DNA from: Candidatus Poribacteria bacterium
GTDB taxonomy: Bacteria > Poribacteria > WGA-4E > PCPOR2b
NCBI GenBank assembly: GCA_965198175.1
Contig: OZ240245.1
Coordinates: 3,104,001-3,168,000 of the forward strand
Reading direction: 5' to 3'
DNA length: 64,000 nt
Each line of letters begins with the position of its first letter. Position 1 is the first letter of the stretch. Positions 49,701-58,973 of this stretch are shown here, in pieces. Both the position numbers and the translations under genes were made by a program. The notes under the pieces were generated by a model, which made no database searches, had not been told where the DNA came from, and was given only the letters and a program-made list of their open reading frames with translations.

Positions 49701-50092
49701 CGATGTCTCACCTTTTACTCACGGACCCTAGCCCAAGGGTACTGGTCACGCCCGAAATGGCGCAACTTGTAATGGAAGAAGCTCCTCCACCTGATCCTGA
49801 CGACTCGTCTGATACTGGCAATGGTGAAGAATCGGAACCTGAACCTACCCCATCGCCGTCCGGTCCGAAACGCATTGTTGTAACGAAAACAATGCAAGAC
49901 AACATCTCTCTTGATAATGTCAACCAGTTGCGCGATGAGATAATTCGCAACCTGAATTCAGATGATGGTTCCGTCACCATCGAAATTACCATCACGGCGA
50001 ACAAACCTGATGGCTTTTCCGAAAGCACCGCCCGCGCGGTGCGCGAAAACAGTGCCGAACTCGGTCTGGATCTGAATACGTCGGACGATTAA
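46724..50092 (+). CDS. DUF499 AAA+ ATPase with N-terminal Swt1-like HEPN domain
   Basis: N-terminal 'W...F...ARDQIAHPG' (R-x4-H), acidic linker, then 'PWR....P', 'EFAADL', 'TGFGGGKTH', 'LMDEL', 'YPIHPE', 'FQRTRGVLR'. Confidence 0.9.
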   Translation: MQRTNRPSTDALRQAIDIYRDAMRPFIVRQLKRVQGASVEDLIERGLGDRQADEFRRRVTENGDIEAAIDLNYFPKVFRDNWRGAFAQQFKDDSTVQNTLWVIKAARDQIAHPGSEDIDPEYTRARLYDIADLLGRINAPEQKQTVEAIRDNLFARPESGEQPDSIPPDEESQTPSIESQENQDSLQRPSSNNLTPWRDIIRPNNDVALGTFQEAEFAADLQQVHDGRADATGYGNPVSFFNQTYITPGIRTLLVNALKRLGGNGGDPVIQTKTGFGGGKTHSLIALYHLVKSTDALLNPPPDRDEHQRTSKEINSMMQEAAWDSTAARPRVAVIDGSYLAQTDLTATKETGDPLNTLWGVMAYQLGGQDAYEIVGGASRGGTAPGGSQLDQLFEYVGPCVILMDELVAYVRNAGDAKDNIYTFIQALTQSVRRSSNAVLVVTLPESAVEAGAEGGADALNRLDSILSRIESKWEPLEINETFEVVRRRLFGRVRDEAARNRVCEVFSRMYANSRRDYPQEVSEPRYLDRMKACYPIHPEIFDRLYSDWSSIPGFQRTRGVLRMMANCISRLYLRGDASPLIMPANLTLDDPALSNEFLPLLDGEWRPVLTEIDSDGSRTDNIDRNIQRFSNIGGAARRLARTVFLGSAASGAVRGIDDRQIHLGVVEPGQGVSVYKEALGRMNGALYYLYNSDNRYYFHAEENLNKVATDRADTLSDRDVEECIIAQLQEAVGAGRRRRADVVVCPQNSDDVRDWDLVQLVILPPSKFLPSRSSDSDEATPAARDILLNRGDAPRIHRNTILFLTAKNDDIRALRNIVKTYLAWDSIINTDRRIESLTGDRLQQAVNTVRSAKTQLSQALVRAYRWGIAPSQPNPQEASYGISTFPTNTAETGDIVDSAMRKFIEAEALVDEISPSALVSMMQRYVWSSPNYSDHIGVDGLWELMTRNVYLHRLRNRDVLVRCVAQGVLERKFGCAEAYNGEKYEGMCFGEPMSHLLLTDPSPRVLVTPEMAQLVMEEAPPPDPDDSSDTGNGEESEPEPTPSPSGPKRIVVTKTMQDNISLDNVNQLRDEIIRNLNSDDGSVTIEITITANKPDGFSESTARAVRENSAELGLDLNTSDD

Positions 50093-50093
50093 C

Positions 50094-51641
50094 ATGACTA
50101 AACCAATGCAAACAGAGCCGCTGCAACTCACGGTTTCGAACTTCGGTCCCATCGCCAAGGCGGAAATTGACCTGCGTCCGCTGACGGTGTTTGTCGGTGC
50201 CAGCAACACGGGAAAGTCCTACTTGGCGATACTGATATACGCACTGCACAGGTTTTTCGATGATTACGCGGGTAGCCGGCATTCCAGCCTTCGACGAGCG
50301 CCCTCTAGTTTGCATGGATCAATTACTGAACCGCAGCTCGTTGATGAAAAAAACATCAAGAAGTTAGCTGTCTGGTTCAGAGACGTATTTGGACAGGCGG
50401 ACGGGGAAAGCCCATCGGATAGTTCCCCGCTTCAATTGCCGGATTTTGTCGCGTCAGTAGTTCGTCCTTTATTCAACGATTTAGGCAACTTCATCCCACA
50501 CATTGTCACGGAGATTGAACGGAGTTTTGGCATTGAGGACCCTGCAAGGCTAATCCGCCACGGCAACAGGGACGGTGCGAAAATTGCCTTGCACTTCAAA
50601 CCCTTTGAGTATGAACTGGTGCTGAAAAAAGGCAAGCCTAAAGGATCGGTGATTTCGATTTCCGAGGACATACCGCTGTATATTAATCTACAATCTGAAC
50701 GAATGAAGTATATTCTACGTAGAGGGATCGATGATTTGAATATTCTGATGTCTGCGGGTGACGGCAGAGTGAGACAAGAGGCGAGGCAAAATGTAGAATA
50801 CCTCATAAGAGAACTTTACAGCTTGACTCTTCCCAATGTTATCAGTCCGTTGAACAATTCCGCCTACTATCTTCCCGCCGACCGCACCGGCGTAATGCAC
50901 GCTCACCGTGTGGTTGTCGCTTCCTTGATTGAACGTGCGCCGCGTGCTGGACTCCGGCGTGACACACCGTTGCCAGCACTTTCGGGGGTTCTTGCTGACT
51001 TTCTTGAACAGCTAGTTAAACTCGGTGAACCAAGGAGGCGACGCAATAACAAAGGGAACCTCGCCGCAGACCTTGAGCAGCAGATCCTCGGTGGGGAAAT
51101 CCAGCGTAAAGACTCGGAGACGGGCTATCCGATGTTTTCTTATCTGCCACAAGGGTGGCGGACGGATCTGCCTTTAATGAATGCGTCGTCCATGGTTTCG
51201 GAACTTGCGCCGGTTGTGCTGTATCTTCGCCACATCGTCCAATCCGGCGATGTTCTGATTATCGAAGAGCCAGAATCTCACCTCCACCCGGCGATGCAGG
51301 TGGAATTTATTCGACAACTCGCCGCGGTCGTACACGCTGGCGTCCACGTCATGCTTACCACTCACAGCGAATGGGTGTTGGATGAGCTTGCCAACTTGGT
51401 ACGTTTGTCAGAACTTCCGAAACCGCGTCGAAAGGGAATCGCGGGCGCAGACGTCGCGCTCAGCCGTGACCAGGTAGGTGTTTGGCTATTTGAGCCCAAG
51501 CAGCGGCCTAGAGGCTCAGTGGTGAAAGAAATTCCTTGTGACGTGGAGTATGGTGGGTTCCGGTCCGGCTTCGATGAGGTTGCCATCGGTACATATAACG
51601 ACCATGCGGAAATATCCAATCGAGTAGAGGGATCGAAGTAG
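50094..51641 (+). CDS. ABC-type (AAA_15/AAA_21) ATPase
   Basis: 'NFGPI', Walker A 'GASNTGKS', 'YLPADRTG', signature 'ASSMVSEL', Walker B 'IIEEPESHLHP..Q', 'TTHS'. Confidence 0.9.
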   Translation: MTKPMQTEPLQLTVSNFGPIAKAEIDLRPLTVFVGASNTGKSYLAILIYALHRFFDDYAGSRHSSLRRAPSSLHGSITEPQLVDEKNIKKLAVWFRDVFGQADGESPSDSSPLQLPDFVASVVRPLFNDLGNFIPHIVTEIERSFGIEDPARLIRHGNRDGAKIALHFKPFEYELVLKKGKPKGSVISISEDIPLYINLQSERMKYILRRGIDDLNILMSAGDGRVRQEARQNVEYLIRELYSLTLPNVISPLNNSAYYLPADRTGVMHAHRVVVASLIERAPRAGLRRDTPLPALSGVLADFLEQLVKLGEPRRRRNNKGNLAADLEQQILGGEIQRKDSETGYPMFSYLPQGWRTDLPLMNASSMVSELAPVVLYLRHIVQSGDVLIIEEPESHLHPAMQVEFIRQLAAVVHAGVHVMLTTHSEWVLDELANLVRLSELPKPRRKGIAGADVALSRDQVGVWLFEPKQRPRGSVVKEIPCDVEYGGFRSGFDEVAIGTYNDHAEISNRVEGSK

Positions 51642-52118
51642 ATGGTTAATCTCGTTGGGCGGATAAGGGATAGCCTGCCCGATGGGTGTATCGCATCAGG
51701 GCGGTTGCGTAAAGAAGGATGCTCCGTGTCCTTGAAAAATGCACCGGCGCCATGGGTTGCAGTAGATATGGATAAGCCGCAAGCACCTGTTGGAGACAAT
51801 GAAACAAAATGTGACTATATTTTCATCGGAGGTTGTGATGATGTTTATCTCGTGCCACTGGAGTTGAAGAGGGGCAAACTTGATGCCAGCACCATCGTGA
51901 AACAACTTCGAGCAGGAGCGAACATTGCCGGTGATCGCATTATTCCTATGCGTGCGCAAGTTCAGTTTCTGCCGGTTGCAGTCTGCGGCGGCAAGATTCA
52001 CCGGGCTGAGATACGTAGGTTATTACAGAGTAGAATTCGTTTCAGGAGCCAGAATTCCACTGTTCGCCTATTGAAGTGTAACGACCAATTGATTAAAGCA
52101 CTTTCCAAAGAGATATGA
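51642..52118 (+). CDS. Small putative PD-(D/E)XK (restriction-endonuclease-fold) protein
   Basis: 'E...' then 'KCDYIF' ... 'PLELK.G' ... 'QL' pattern; abuts both neighbours. Confidence 0.65.
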   Translation: MVNLVGRIRDSLPDGCIASGRLRKEGCSVSLKNAPAPWVAVDMDKPQAPVGDNETKCDYIFIGGCDDVYLVPLELKRGKLDASTIVKQLRAGANIAGDRIIPMRAQVQFLPVAVCGGKIHRAEIRRLLQSRIRFRSQNSTVRLLKCNDQLIKALSKEI

Positions 52119-52119
52119 A

Positions 52120-54925
52120 ATGACCCACCGCAAGAAGCTTATCGAGGTTGACCTACCGCTAGACGACATCAACCGCGAATCCGCCCTCGATAAATCCATC
52201 ACACACGGTCATCCGTCCACACTGCACAAGTGGTGGGCGGGCCGTCCGCTCGCTGCCTGCCGCGCTGTCATCTTTGCCAGCATGGTAGATGATCCCTCCT
52301 CCGTCCCCGATGAATTCCGCACTGATGACGAACAACATTGCGAGCGTGATCGCCTCCACGACATCCTCCGGAAGCTGGTTAAATGGAAGAACACTGACGA
52401 AAGCAAGCCTGCTGTGAGTGAACTCTTGGCGGACGCACGGTATGAAATCGCCCGCTCGGTGGCGCGTTCCCGGGGAGAATCAGCACCCACCGAGCCGGCA
52501 GAAGTGTTGAATTACTTACGGGACCAAACACTGCCGATATACGATCCCTTTGCCGGCGGCGGATCTATACCCCTTGAGGCACAGCGGCTTGGGTTGAAGG
52601 CTATCGCCTCAGACCTCAACCCGGTGGCGGTTCTCATCAACAAGGCGTTGATTGAGATACCTCCCAGGTTCCGCAATCGTCCTCCAGTGAATCCCGAGGC
52701 AGATCGGATCGGAATGACAGTTGGCAAAGGCAAAAAGAAGCAGCGTCTGCCTTGGCGCGGTGCGTCCGGGCTTGCGGACGACATCCGCTACTACGGGGCG
52801 TGGATGCGTGAGGAGGCGATCATGCGCATTGGACATCTCTACCCGAAGGTAACGCTACCCGACAGTAGCAATGCCACCGTGATTGCGTGGCTCTGGACGC
52901 GGATAGTCCCATGTCCGAATCCCGCCTGCGGGGTCCAGATGCCGCTGCTCAAAACCTTCCATATCTCTAAAAAGCAAAACAACCAACATTGGATTAAGCA
53001 TGTCGTCGACTACGAGGCGAAGCGCGTATCCTTTGTGGTGCAGAATCACAGCGGCGGCGTTCCTGAGGACGGCACGGTGGACCGGAACAGTGCGGCTTGC
53101 ATCGTATGCAACAACCCGGTTCGATTGTCTTATGTCCGTGAGCAGGCGAAGGCTGGTAATATGGATAAGCAGATGACTGCCATCGTCGTCGAAGGCGACC
53201 GCAGGCGGCTCTACGTGTCACCGACCGACTATCATATCCAAGTGTCAATATCCGCCGTACCCACTTGGCGACCTTCACAAAAAATGCCGAATACACCTAC
53301 TTTGGTAAGTGGTCGAGGATTTGGCATTACATATTGGCATGAGCTTTTCACTCCACGTCAACTCTCCGCCTTGACCACATTCAGCGATCTGCAAATAGCA
53401 GTTCGGAGTCGCATCATACAGGATGGGGGAGATGATGACTACACGGATGCCGTTTGTACATATCTTGCCCTTGCGATTGGACGAGAGGTAGATATGTGTT
53501 CAAGTTTTGACAGATGGCATAACTCTGGTGAAAAAATCACCGGAGTTTTTTGGTCGCCAGGCAATTCCGATGATTTGGGATTTTGCCGAATCCAATCCCT
53601 TCTCCAATTCAACAGGAAACTGGATGGCGCATATTAACTGGATTGCCAAGGTTGTTAAACGGCTGCCCGCAAATGTGAACGGCGGCGCAGTACACCAGGC
53701 GGATGCGTCCACGACGATTTACGCCCAAGATGGTCCGGTCATCGTCACAGACCCGCCCTACTACAACATCATCGACTACGCCGACCTGTCCGACTTCTTC
53801 TACGTGTGGCTGCGTCCGTTGCTCCGCGACGTTTACCCCGACCTTTTCGGCGGTATTCTGACCCCCAAAGATGAGGAGATGACAGCTATCCCCTCCCGAT
53901 TTGATAACCCCCGTCAGAGATTTGAGAATTTGCTGAACAAGACACTCAAGTTGATACGAGATCGATGCAGCCCAGAATTTCCATCCTCTATATTCTATGC
54001 CTACAAACAACAGGAGGAGGAGCGGGAAGGTAGGGCGTCCACCGGCTGGGAGACGATGCTTAGTGCTATCGTTTCTGCGGGCTTTCAGATAGTCGGTACT
54101 TGGCCGATGCGTACAGAAGGTTCAGTGAGATTAAATGCACGTGCTGCCAACGTCCTTGCTTCCTCTGTCGTCTTGGTCTGTCGCCCGCGTCCTAATGGTG
54201 CCCCTACCGCAACGCGCCGCCAATTTTTCGACGCACTAGCGCAGGAACTGCCCGCTGCACTCAATCAACTGACGCGAAAAGGGCACATTGCCCCGACCGA
54301 TCTGGCACAGGCTGCCATCGGTCCAGGGATGCAGATTTACTCCCGCTACAGCCGCGTGGAGACAATCAGCGGTGAATTGGTGTCGGTGCGGGAGGCACTG
54401 GTGGCAATTAACCGCGCAATCGCCGATTACGACGAGCGCCAAGAGGGCGATCTGGACTCGGAGAGCCGCTTCTGCCTCGACTGGCTCAAGCAGCACGGAT
54501 ATGAGGAGGGGCGGTACGGCGATGCGGAGACGCTGGCGCGCGCCAAGAACGTCGCCATCGGCAAATTGCAGGACGTTGACGGTCTGCTCACTGCCGAAGG
54601 TGGGAGGGTAAAGCTGCTGCCGCTTGATGCGTTTTCCGATAACGAACAGTTGACCCTCGGCAATACGACGGCGTGGAAGGGGTGTTTCCGAATGGCATAC
54701 CACCTGAGCCGAGAGGACGGCAAGGGTGTCTCAGGTGCAGCGGCAGTCGGACGGGAGATGGACGGCAGCGTCGAATCCGTCGAGCGGCTGGCACGTATCC
54801 TCTACAACCACTATGACCGAAAGAGCGATTCCCAGAATGCGGTTATCTTCAATAACCTCGTCACGGAGTGGGGTAACATCCGCAGTGCGATGGAAAACGA
54901 AGAACAACTCAGCATTCCCATTTAG
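52120..54925 (+). pseudogene. DUF1156 DNA methyltransferase, +1 frameshift in T6 tract 53546-53551
   Basis: ORF 52120..53637 has 'LHKWWA.RPL' and 'DPFAGGGSIPLEA'. ORF 53507..54925 has 'FGRQAIPM.WDF' and 'TDPPYY'. Removing one T gives GVFGRQAIPM. Confidence 0.85.
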
Positions 54926-55000
54926 CTCCCTGTCAAAGAAACCGAGTTTTTACAAAAAACTGTATTAGTCACGGCGATGGTGGATGCTGATAACTATTGC

Positions 55001-55091
55001 TCGCTTGGTCTTGATTGCCAAATATAGACCAATTGTCGGACTTAGCGCAGGTGGAAACTCAACCCCCTCTAGCTCCCCCTTAGCAAGGGGG
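55001..55091 (-). repeat. ~100-bp dispersed repeat, copy 3 (inverted)
   Basis: 55062-55086 is the exact reverse complement of 23701-23725; similarity extends to CTTGGTC at 55004-55010. Confidence 0.75.
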
Positions 55092-55176
55092 AGGATTCTG
55101 CGAAAGAATCATCAACGTGCTAAATCATTCTGTTGACTTATACGGTATTTCCAAAATACTTCGGTTTCTCTAATTT

Positions 55177-55246
55177 TATCAATATGTATACATTTTATAC
55201 ATATCACACGCAATGTGTATAAAAATCAGCGAAAACTATACACGTT
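55177..55246 (+). repeat. 70-bp AT-rich repeat with two TGTATA..TATACA inverted pairs, copy 1
   Basis: Aligns with 55324-55393 and 56579-56648. Confidence 0.85.
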
Positions 55247-55323
55247 CAGCCATTAAAGACGATTGACGTTGCGCATTTTTTTGACATAAGCCCCGAACGT
55301 CGATCGGCGAAATTATATTCAAG

Positions 55324-55393
55324 TGTCAACATGTATATATTATATACATATCACACATAGTATGTATAATAATCAGCAAAAACTATACATGTT
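55324..55393 (+). repeat. 70-bp repeat, copy 2 (directly upstream of fic)
   Basis: TGTATA-N5-TATACA ... TGTATA-N15-TATACA. Confidence 0.85.
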
Positions 55394-55437
55394 GAAGGCA
55401 ACAACGATTGTTGTCCCGTACTTGAAGGCGGTGGAAC

Positions 55438-56532
55438 ATGAAAACGAGGACCCGATTCGATCCAAATACCCCATGGAACAACATTCCTCAGCTTCCACCA
55501 GTGACGGATATCGAATCGAACGACATACTCAGAGCGTGTATCTCGGCGAGTTCAGAGCTTACTAAGGCAAACGCCTTGGTGAAGATGTTACCAAACGAAG
55601 CGGTCTTGGTCCACACATTACCGGTTCAGGAGGCGCGCAGGAGTTCGGAAATCGAAAACATCGTTACCACGAACGATGAACTGTTTCGAGCCATGACCTC
55701 TAACAAAACCCAAATGACCCCTGCCACAAAAGAGGTGCTGCGCTACCGTGAAGCATTGTGGGAGGGCGTCAGTAGCCTGCGCGAGCGACCAATTCTGAAC
55801 ACACCGCTCTTCGAGCGAATCTGCTCACGTATACGTGATGTAGAGATGCGTGTGCGTAAATCTCAGGTGACGATTAGCAATCCAACCACACAGGAGGTCA
55901 TTTACACACCTCCCACCGGATACGAGAATCTCATCAGATTTTTAACTAACCTCGAGCACTTCATCAATGACAACGGCGACGAACTCCAACCGCTTGTAAA
56001 GATGGCGGTGATACACTACCAGTTCGAAGCGATACACCCGTTTACAGACGGCAACGGACGGACAGGACGGATACTCAACATCCTCTATCTGATACATCAA
56101 GGGCTGCTCGATGTACCAATACTTTACCTTAGCCGTTTCTTTATTCAGAATCGGTCTGAGTATTACCGTTATCTGCGCGAAGTTACAGAAGATGGAAACT
56201 GGCGGCAGTGGATACTCTACATGTTGGAGGCAGTAACACAGACATCGCAAGACACTGCCCGCAGGATAGAGGCAATTAATTCACTTATCAACAACGTAAA
56301 TATAAAGGCGCACGGCAAAACGAAAGCCATTGAACGCGAAGGCTTTGTTGACCTACTGTTCAAGTGGCCTTATTGCAAAATTAGTATTGTCGAGAACGAA
56401 CTGAAATGCAGTCGCATTACAGCCGCAAAATACCTGAACGAAATAGCGGAGCTTGGGTTGCTTGAACGCATGAAGGTCGGACGAGAATACTACTACATCA
56501 ACACGAGACTTATGGAATTGCTGTCAGAGTGA
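55438..56532 (+). CDS. Fic-family protein with N-terminal Fic_N region and C-terminal HTH
   Basis: 'EA..SSEIENI.TT', Fic motif 'HPFTDGNGRTGR', C-terminal 'SR.TA.KYL..L...G.L...K.GRE.YYIN'. Confidence 0.92.
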   Translation: MKTRTRFDPNTPWNNIPQLPPVTDIESNDILRACISASSELTKANALVKMLPNEAVLVHTLPVQEARRSSEIENIVTTNDELFRAMTSNKTQMTPATKEVLRYREALWEGVSSLRERPILNTPLFERICSRIRDVEMRVRKSQVTISNPTTQEVIYTPPTGYENLIRFLTNLEHFINDNGDELQPLVKMAVIHYQFEAIHPFTDGNGRTGRILNILYLIHQGLLDVPILYLSRFFIQNRSEYYRYLREVTEDGNWRQWILYMLEAVTQTSQDTARRIEAINSLINNVNIKAHGKTKAIEREGFVDLLFKWPYCKISIVENELKCSRITAAKYLNEIAELGLLERMKVGREYYYINTRLMELLSE

Positions 56533-56578
56533 AGTTACAGCGCATTTCGCGAGTAGAAATGAAAAACCAAATCCAATA

Positions 56579-56723
56579 TATCAATATGTATATATTTTAT
56601 ACATATGACATATTATATGTATAAAAATCGGCAAAAAATATACACGTTGTAAAGTATAACAGAGGCTGTTCCGTACTTGAGGCCTTGAAACATGACATCG
56701 ATGGCACGATTTGATTCAAATAC
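56579..56723 (+). repeat. 70-bp repeat, copy 3, plus duplicated fic leader and first codons
   Basis: 56579-56648 repeat. 56649-56723 resembles 55394-55469 (CCGTACTTGA.GGC...AACATGA; MTSMARFDSN vs MKTRTRFDPN). Confidence 0.8.
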
Positions 56724-56785
56724 AGGAGTTTCCTTAAGAATTGCCGTCAAATCTTCTTTTAGCGTTTCCGTCCACTCATTAACTC

Positions 56786-57178
56786 ATGTCCAACACATCT
56801 TCCAGTTGCACCAACCCATTCTCCGTGAAGTACCGATTAGAGCGCGAGCGTCAGCCGTTTACGCGGGAGACGGTGCTACAACTACCGAGTGATCGGTGCG
56901 GACTGTATTCACTGTGGCTACCGACAGGTACAGAGGATGCGCCGGAACGCCTTTACGTCGGTCAATCCACAACGTGCGTGCGTCGACGCCTGCTCCAGCA
57001 CCTTTCGAACGAAGATAATCCAGACTTAAGGCGGCAACTCCGCATGTTTCGTGATCTCGTCGAGTTTTCGGTGGTGTTCACAGCGGGAGAAACGGAGACG
57101 TTAGAATTGGAAACAACGCTGATTCAAGAGTGGCAACCGGAGACGAACCGGTACAAGTTAAAATCCCGCGATGATTAA
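56786..57178 (+). CDS. Small GIY-YIG nuclease-family protein
   Basis: 'CGLYSLW' ... 'LYVGQS' ... 'VRRRL.QH' ... 'LE..LI....P..N'. Confidence 0.75.
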   Translation: MSNTSSSCTNPFSVKYRLERERQPFTRETVLQLPSDRCGLYSLWLPTGTEDAPERLYVGQSTTCVRRRLLQHLSNEDNPDLRRQLRMFRDLVEFSVVFTAGETETLELETTLIQEWQPETNRYKLKSRDD

Positions 57179-57255
57179 GTAAACTATCATTGACGCTCAA
57201 ATTAAGTTGAGACGTGGTCCCCCCGTTTCCCTATCGCGGATTATTGGTGTTTCTG

Positions 57256-58938
57256 CTAACCTCCATTTGCAATCGAGTTATTGTACGGGATTTGCAGTGT
57301 ATCCATTGCCTGCTGCGCGGCGCGAATTCCCGTATAGCACGCCTCTTCAAAAAGGGGGAGCCCTGTTACATCTGAATGTGCAAAGAATATCGCTCCAAAT
57401 GGTCGATTCCGTAACGCCCGCTCTTGATGCCAGATGAAGTTCGGCGTCGGTCGAATCATTGCATGTCCCCATTTGTAGAGGTCAATTTGCGTAATCTGCT
57501 TTTCAATTTCAGGGTGCATCCGCCACAAATCTTTCATGATTTCGTTTACCCAAAAGCTGTGCCCCTTTTCTAGGAGTTCTCGCCGCTTGACCTCTGGAGA
57601 TTTATCGAAAGGCATATAGTAAGTAATGACCGATGGGCGATCGTGTCCGTCCGAATTGCGGGTTTGATGATTTGCGACAATGTAACCAAGCGCTTCGCTT
57701 TCGTACATGACATTGTCCCAAGCGATCTGGCTATGGCTAGTCTTTGGAAGGTGTTTGAGGTGGATGCTCGCGGTTAACCACGCGGTGTATTCACACTGTT
57801 GAAAAGCGTTGAGTTGATCCTCTGGAAGTTCGGGTATGATGTATTTCGCAATATGCTTCTGTCCTGCGTAGATGGCTGTTTTGCTCCGCAAAGTGGTAAA
57901 CTGACGACTTCGTGAATCCATGAAGGTGACGAGAACCTCGTCCCCAAGCTGGCGAATTGAGAGTGCCAGTGAATTGAGACGAACGTTGTCCGGGGTGAAG
58001 TGCCCTGCCATGCCATTCACCAGAAAAGCGTTCCCTTCAGGCCAGGTGAGCGTATGGACGGGAAAGCTATCTTGCAGCTCGTCTGAATAGTAGCGGCAAG
58101 CATAATAATGGATACCTGCCCACGCTGAAACCTGATCTATTGGACAGGCGTAATCATCTCGACATCCGTAGTTGACAAACCAGTCCAACCGCTCCGAATT
58201 CCACCCTTTCTGCCGCATGTATTCGTGCATGGTGATTTGATCCAGCGCTCGGACTTCATGATCGGCGCTGCTATATTCAATAGGCAGCGTAAAGGCGCGC
58301 CGCCCATCGCTACCCATGTAAAGCATCCAGCGAAGCATATCCATTTGAAATTCTTCGAACGCTTGTCTATCCGCATCGGTTCCACTCGCAAAGGGATTGA
58401 GCCCATCTACCCAACCCCCTCTGACAAAGAGCCGCTCTTTCGGTTCGCGTAGGATATATTCTGGGTTCACGATGGGCCACCCTTGATCAGTGTAGTCCAG
58501 AACTACCTTGAGGTCTTCGAGCACCTCAAGGATACAGTCTGCCTCTGGCGGTGGCGTAACGATGTAGTGCGCTGCCCAAGGGAATGCTGTGCCGTTCGCC
58601 CCTCCGGAGATTGACGTGCCGCCCAACTGCCTGTCTAGATCAAGGATGACGAAATCGGTGACGCCGGAATTCGCTAGCTTCCAGCCAGCGCTGACACCTG
58701 AAACCCCACCCCCGACAATGATCGCAGCGTATCGCCTATCAGAGGGTGGAGGAAACATCTGATCAGGGGGAGGTTGCCGGACGAAATGCCCAACGCCGCT
58801 CTGCTCGCCAATGATTTCGCCGGGGATGTCAAAGCGGGGCGGTGGCTTGGGGCGGCTCGGTGAACAGTGCGGCAGTAATGGCGATGTGAGTCCGAGCAGG
58901 CTTAATTTCAGAAAACGACGACGGGTAATTGAAGGCAT
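57256..58938 (-). CDS. Tat-exported FAD-dependent oxidoreductase (amine-oxidase-like)
   Basis: 'SITRRRFLK' Tat motif, GGGVSG Rossmann motif, 'WAAHY', 'WGHAMIRP', 'FAHSD..G.PLFEEA'. Confidence 0.82.
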   Translation of the reverse strand: MPSITRRRFLKLSLLGLTSPLLPHCSPSRPKPPPRFDIPGEIIGEQSGVGHFVRQPPPDQMFPPPSDRRYAAIIVGGGVSGVSAGWKLANSGVTDFVILDLDRQLGGTSISGGANGTAFPWAAHYIVTPPPEADCILEVLEDLKVVLDYTDQGWPIVNPEYILREPKERLFVRGGWVDGLNPFASGTDADRQAFEEFQMDMLRWMLYMGSDGRRAFTLPIEYSSADHEVRALDQITMHEYMRQKGWNSERLDWFVNYGCRDDYACPIDQVSAWAGIHYYACRYYSDELQDSFPVHTLTWPEGNAFLVNGMAGHFTPDNVRLNSLALSIRQLGDEVLVTFMDSRSRQFTTLRSKTAIYAGQKHIAKYIIPELPEDQLNAFQQCEYTAWLTASIHLKHLPKTSHSQIAWDNVMYESEALGYIVANHQTRNSDGHDRPSVITYYMPFDKSPEVKRRELLEKGHSFWVNEIMKDLWRMHPEIEKQITQIDLYKWGHAMIRPTPNFIWHQERALRNRPFGAIFFAHSDVTGLPLFEEACYTGIRAAQQAMDTLQIPYNNSIANGG

Positions 58939-58973
58939 TTCTGTTTGATTCTAGACTACTTTCCTTTACAGCA

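Noticed and set aside
55177..55393. 70-bp repeats as a CRISPR mini-array
   Set aside because: Too long and too divergent; the third copy is 1.2 kb away and includes a gene start.
22300..57200. Prophage or ICE
   Set aside because: No integrase, structural, relaxase or conjugation genes; housekeeping genes lie between the two islands.
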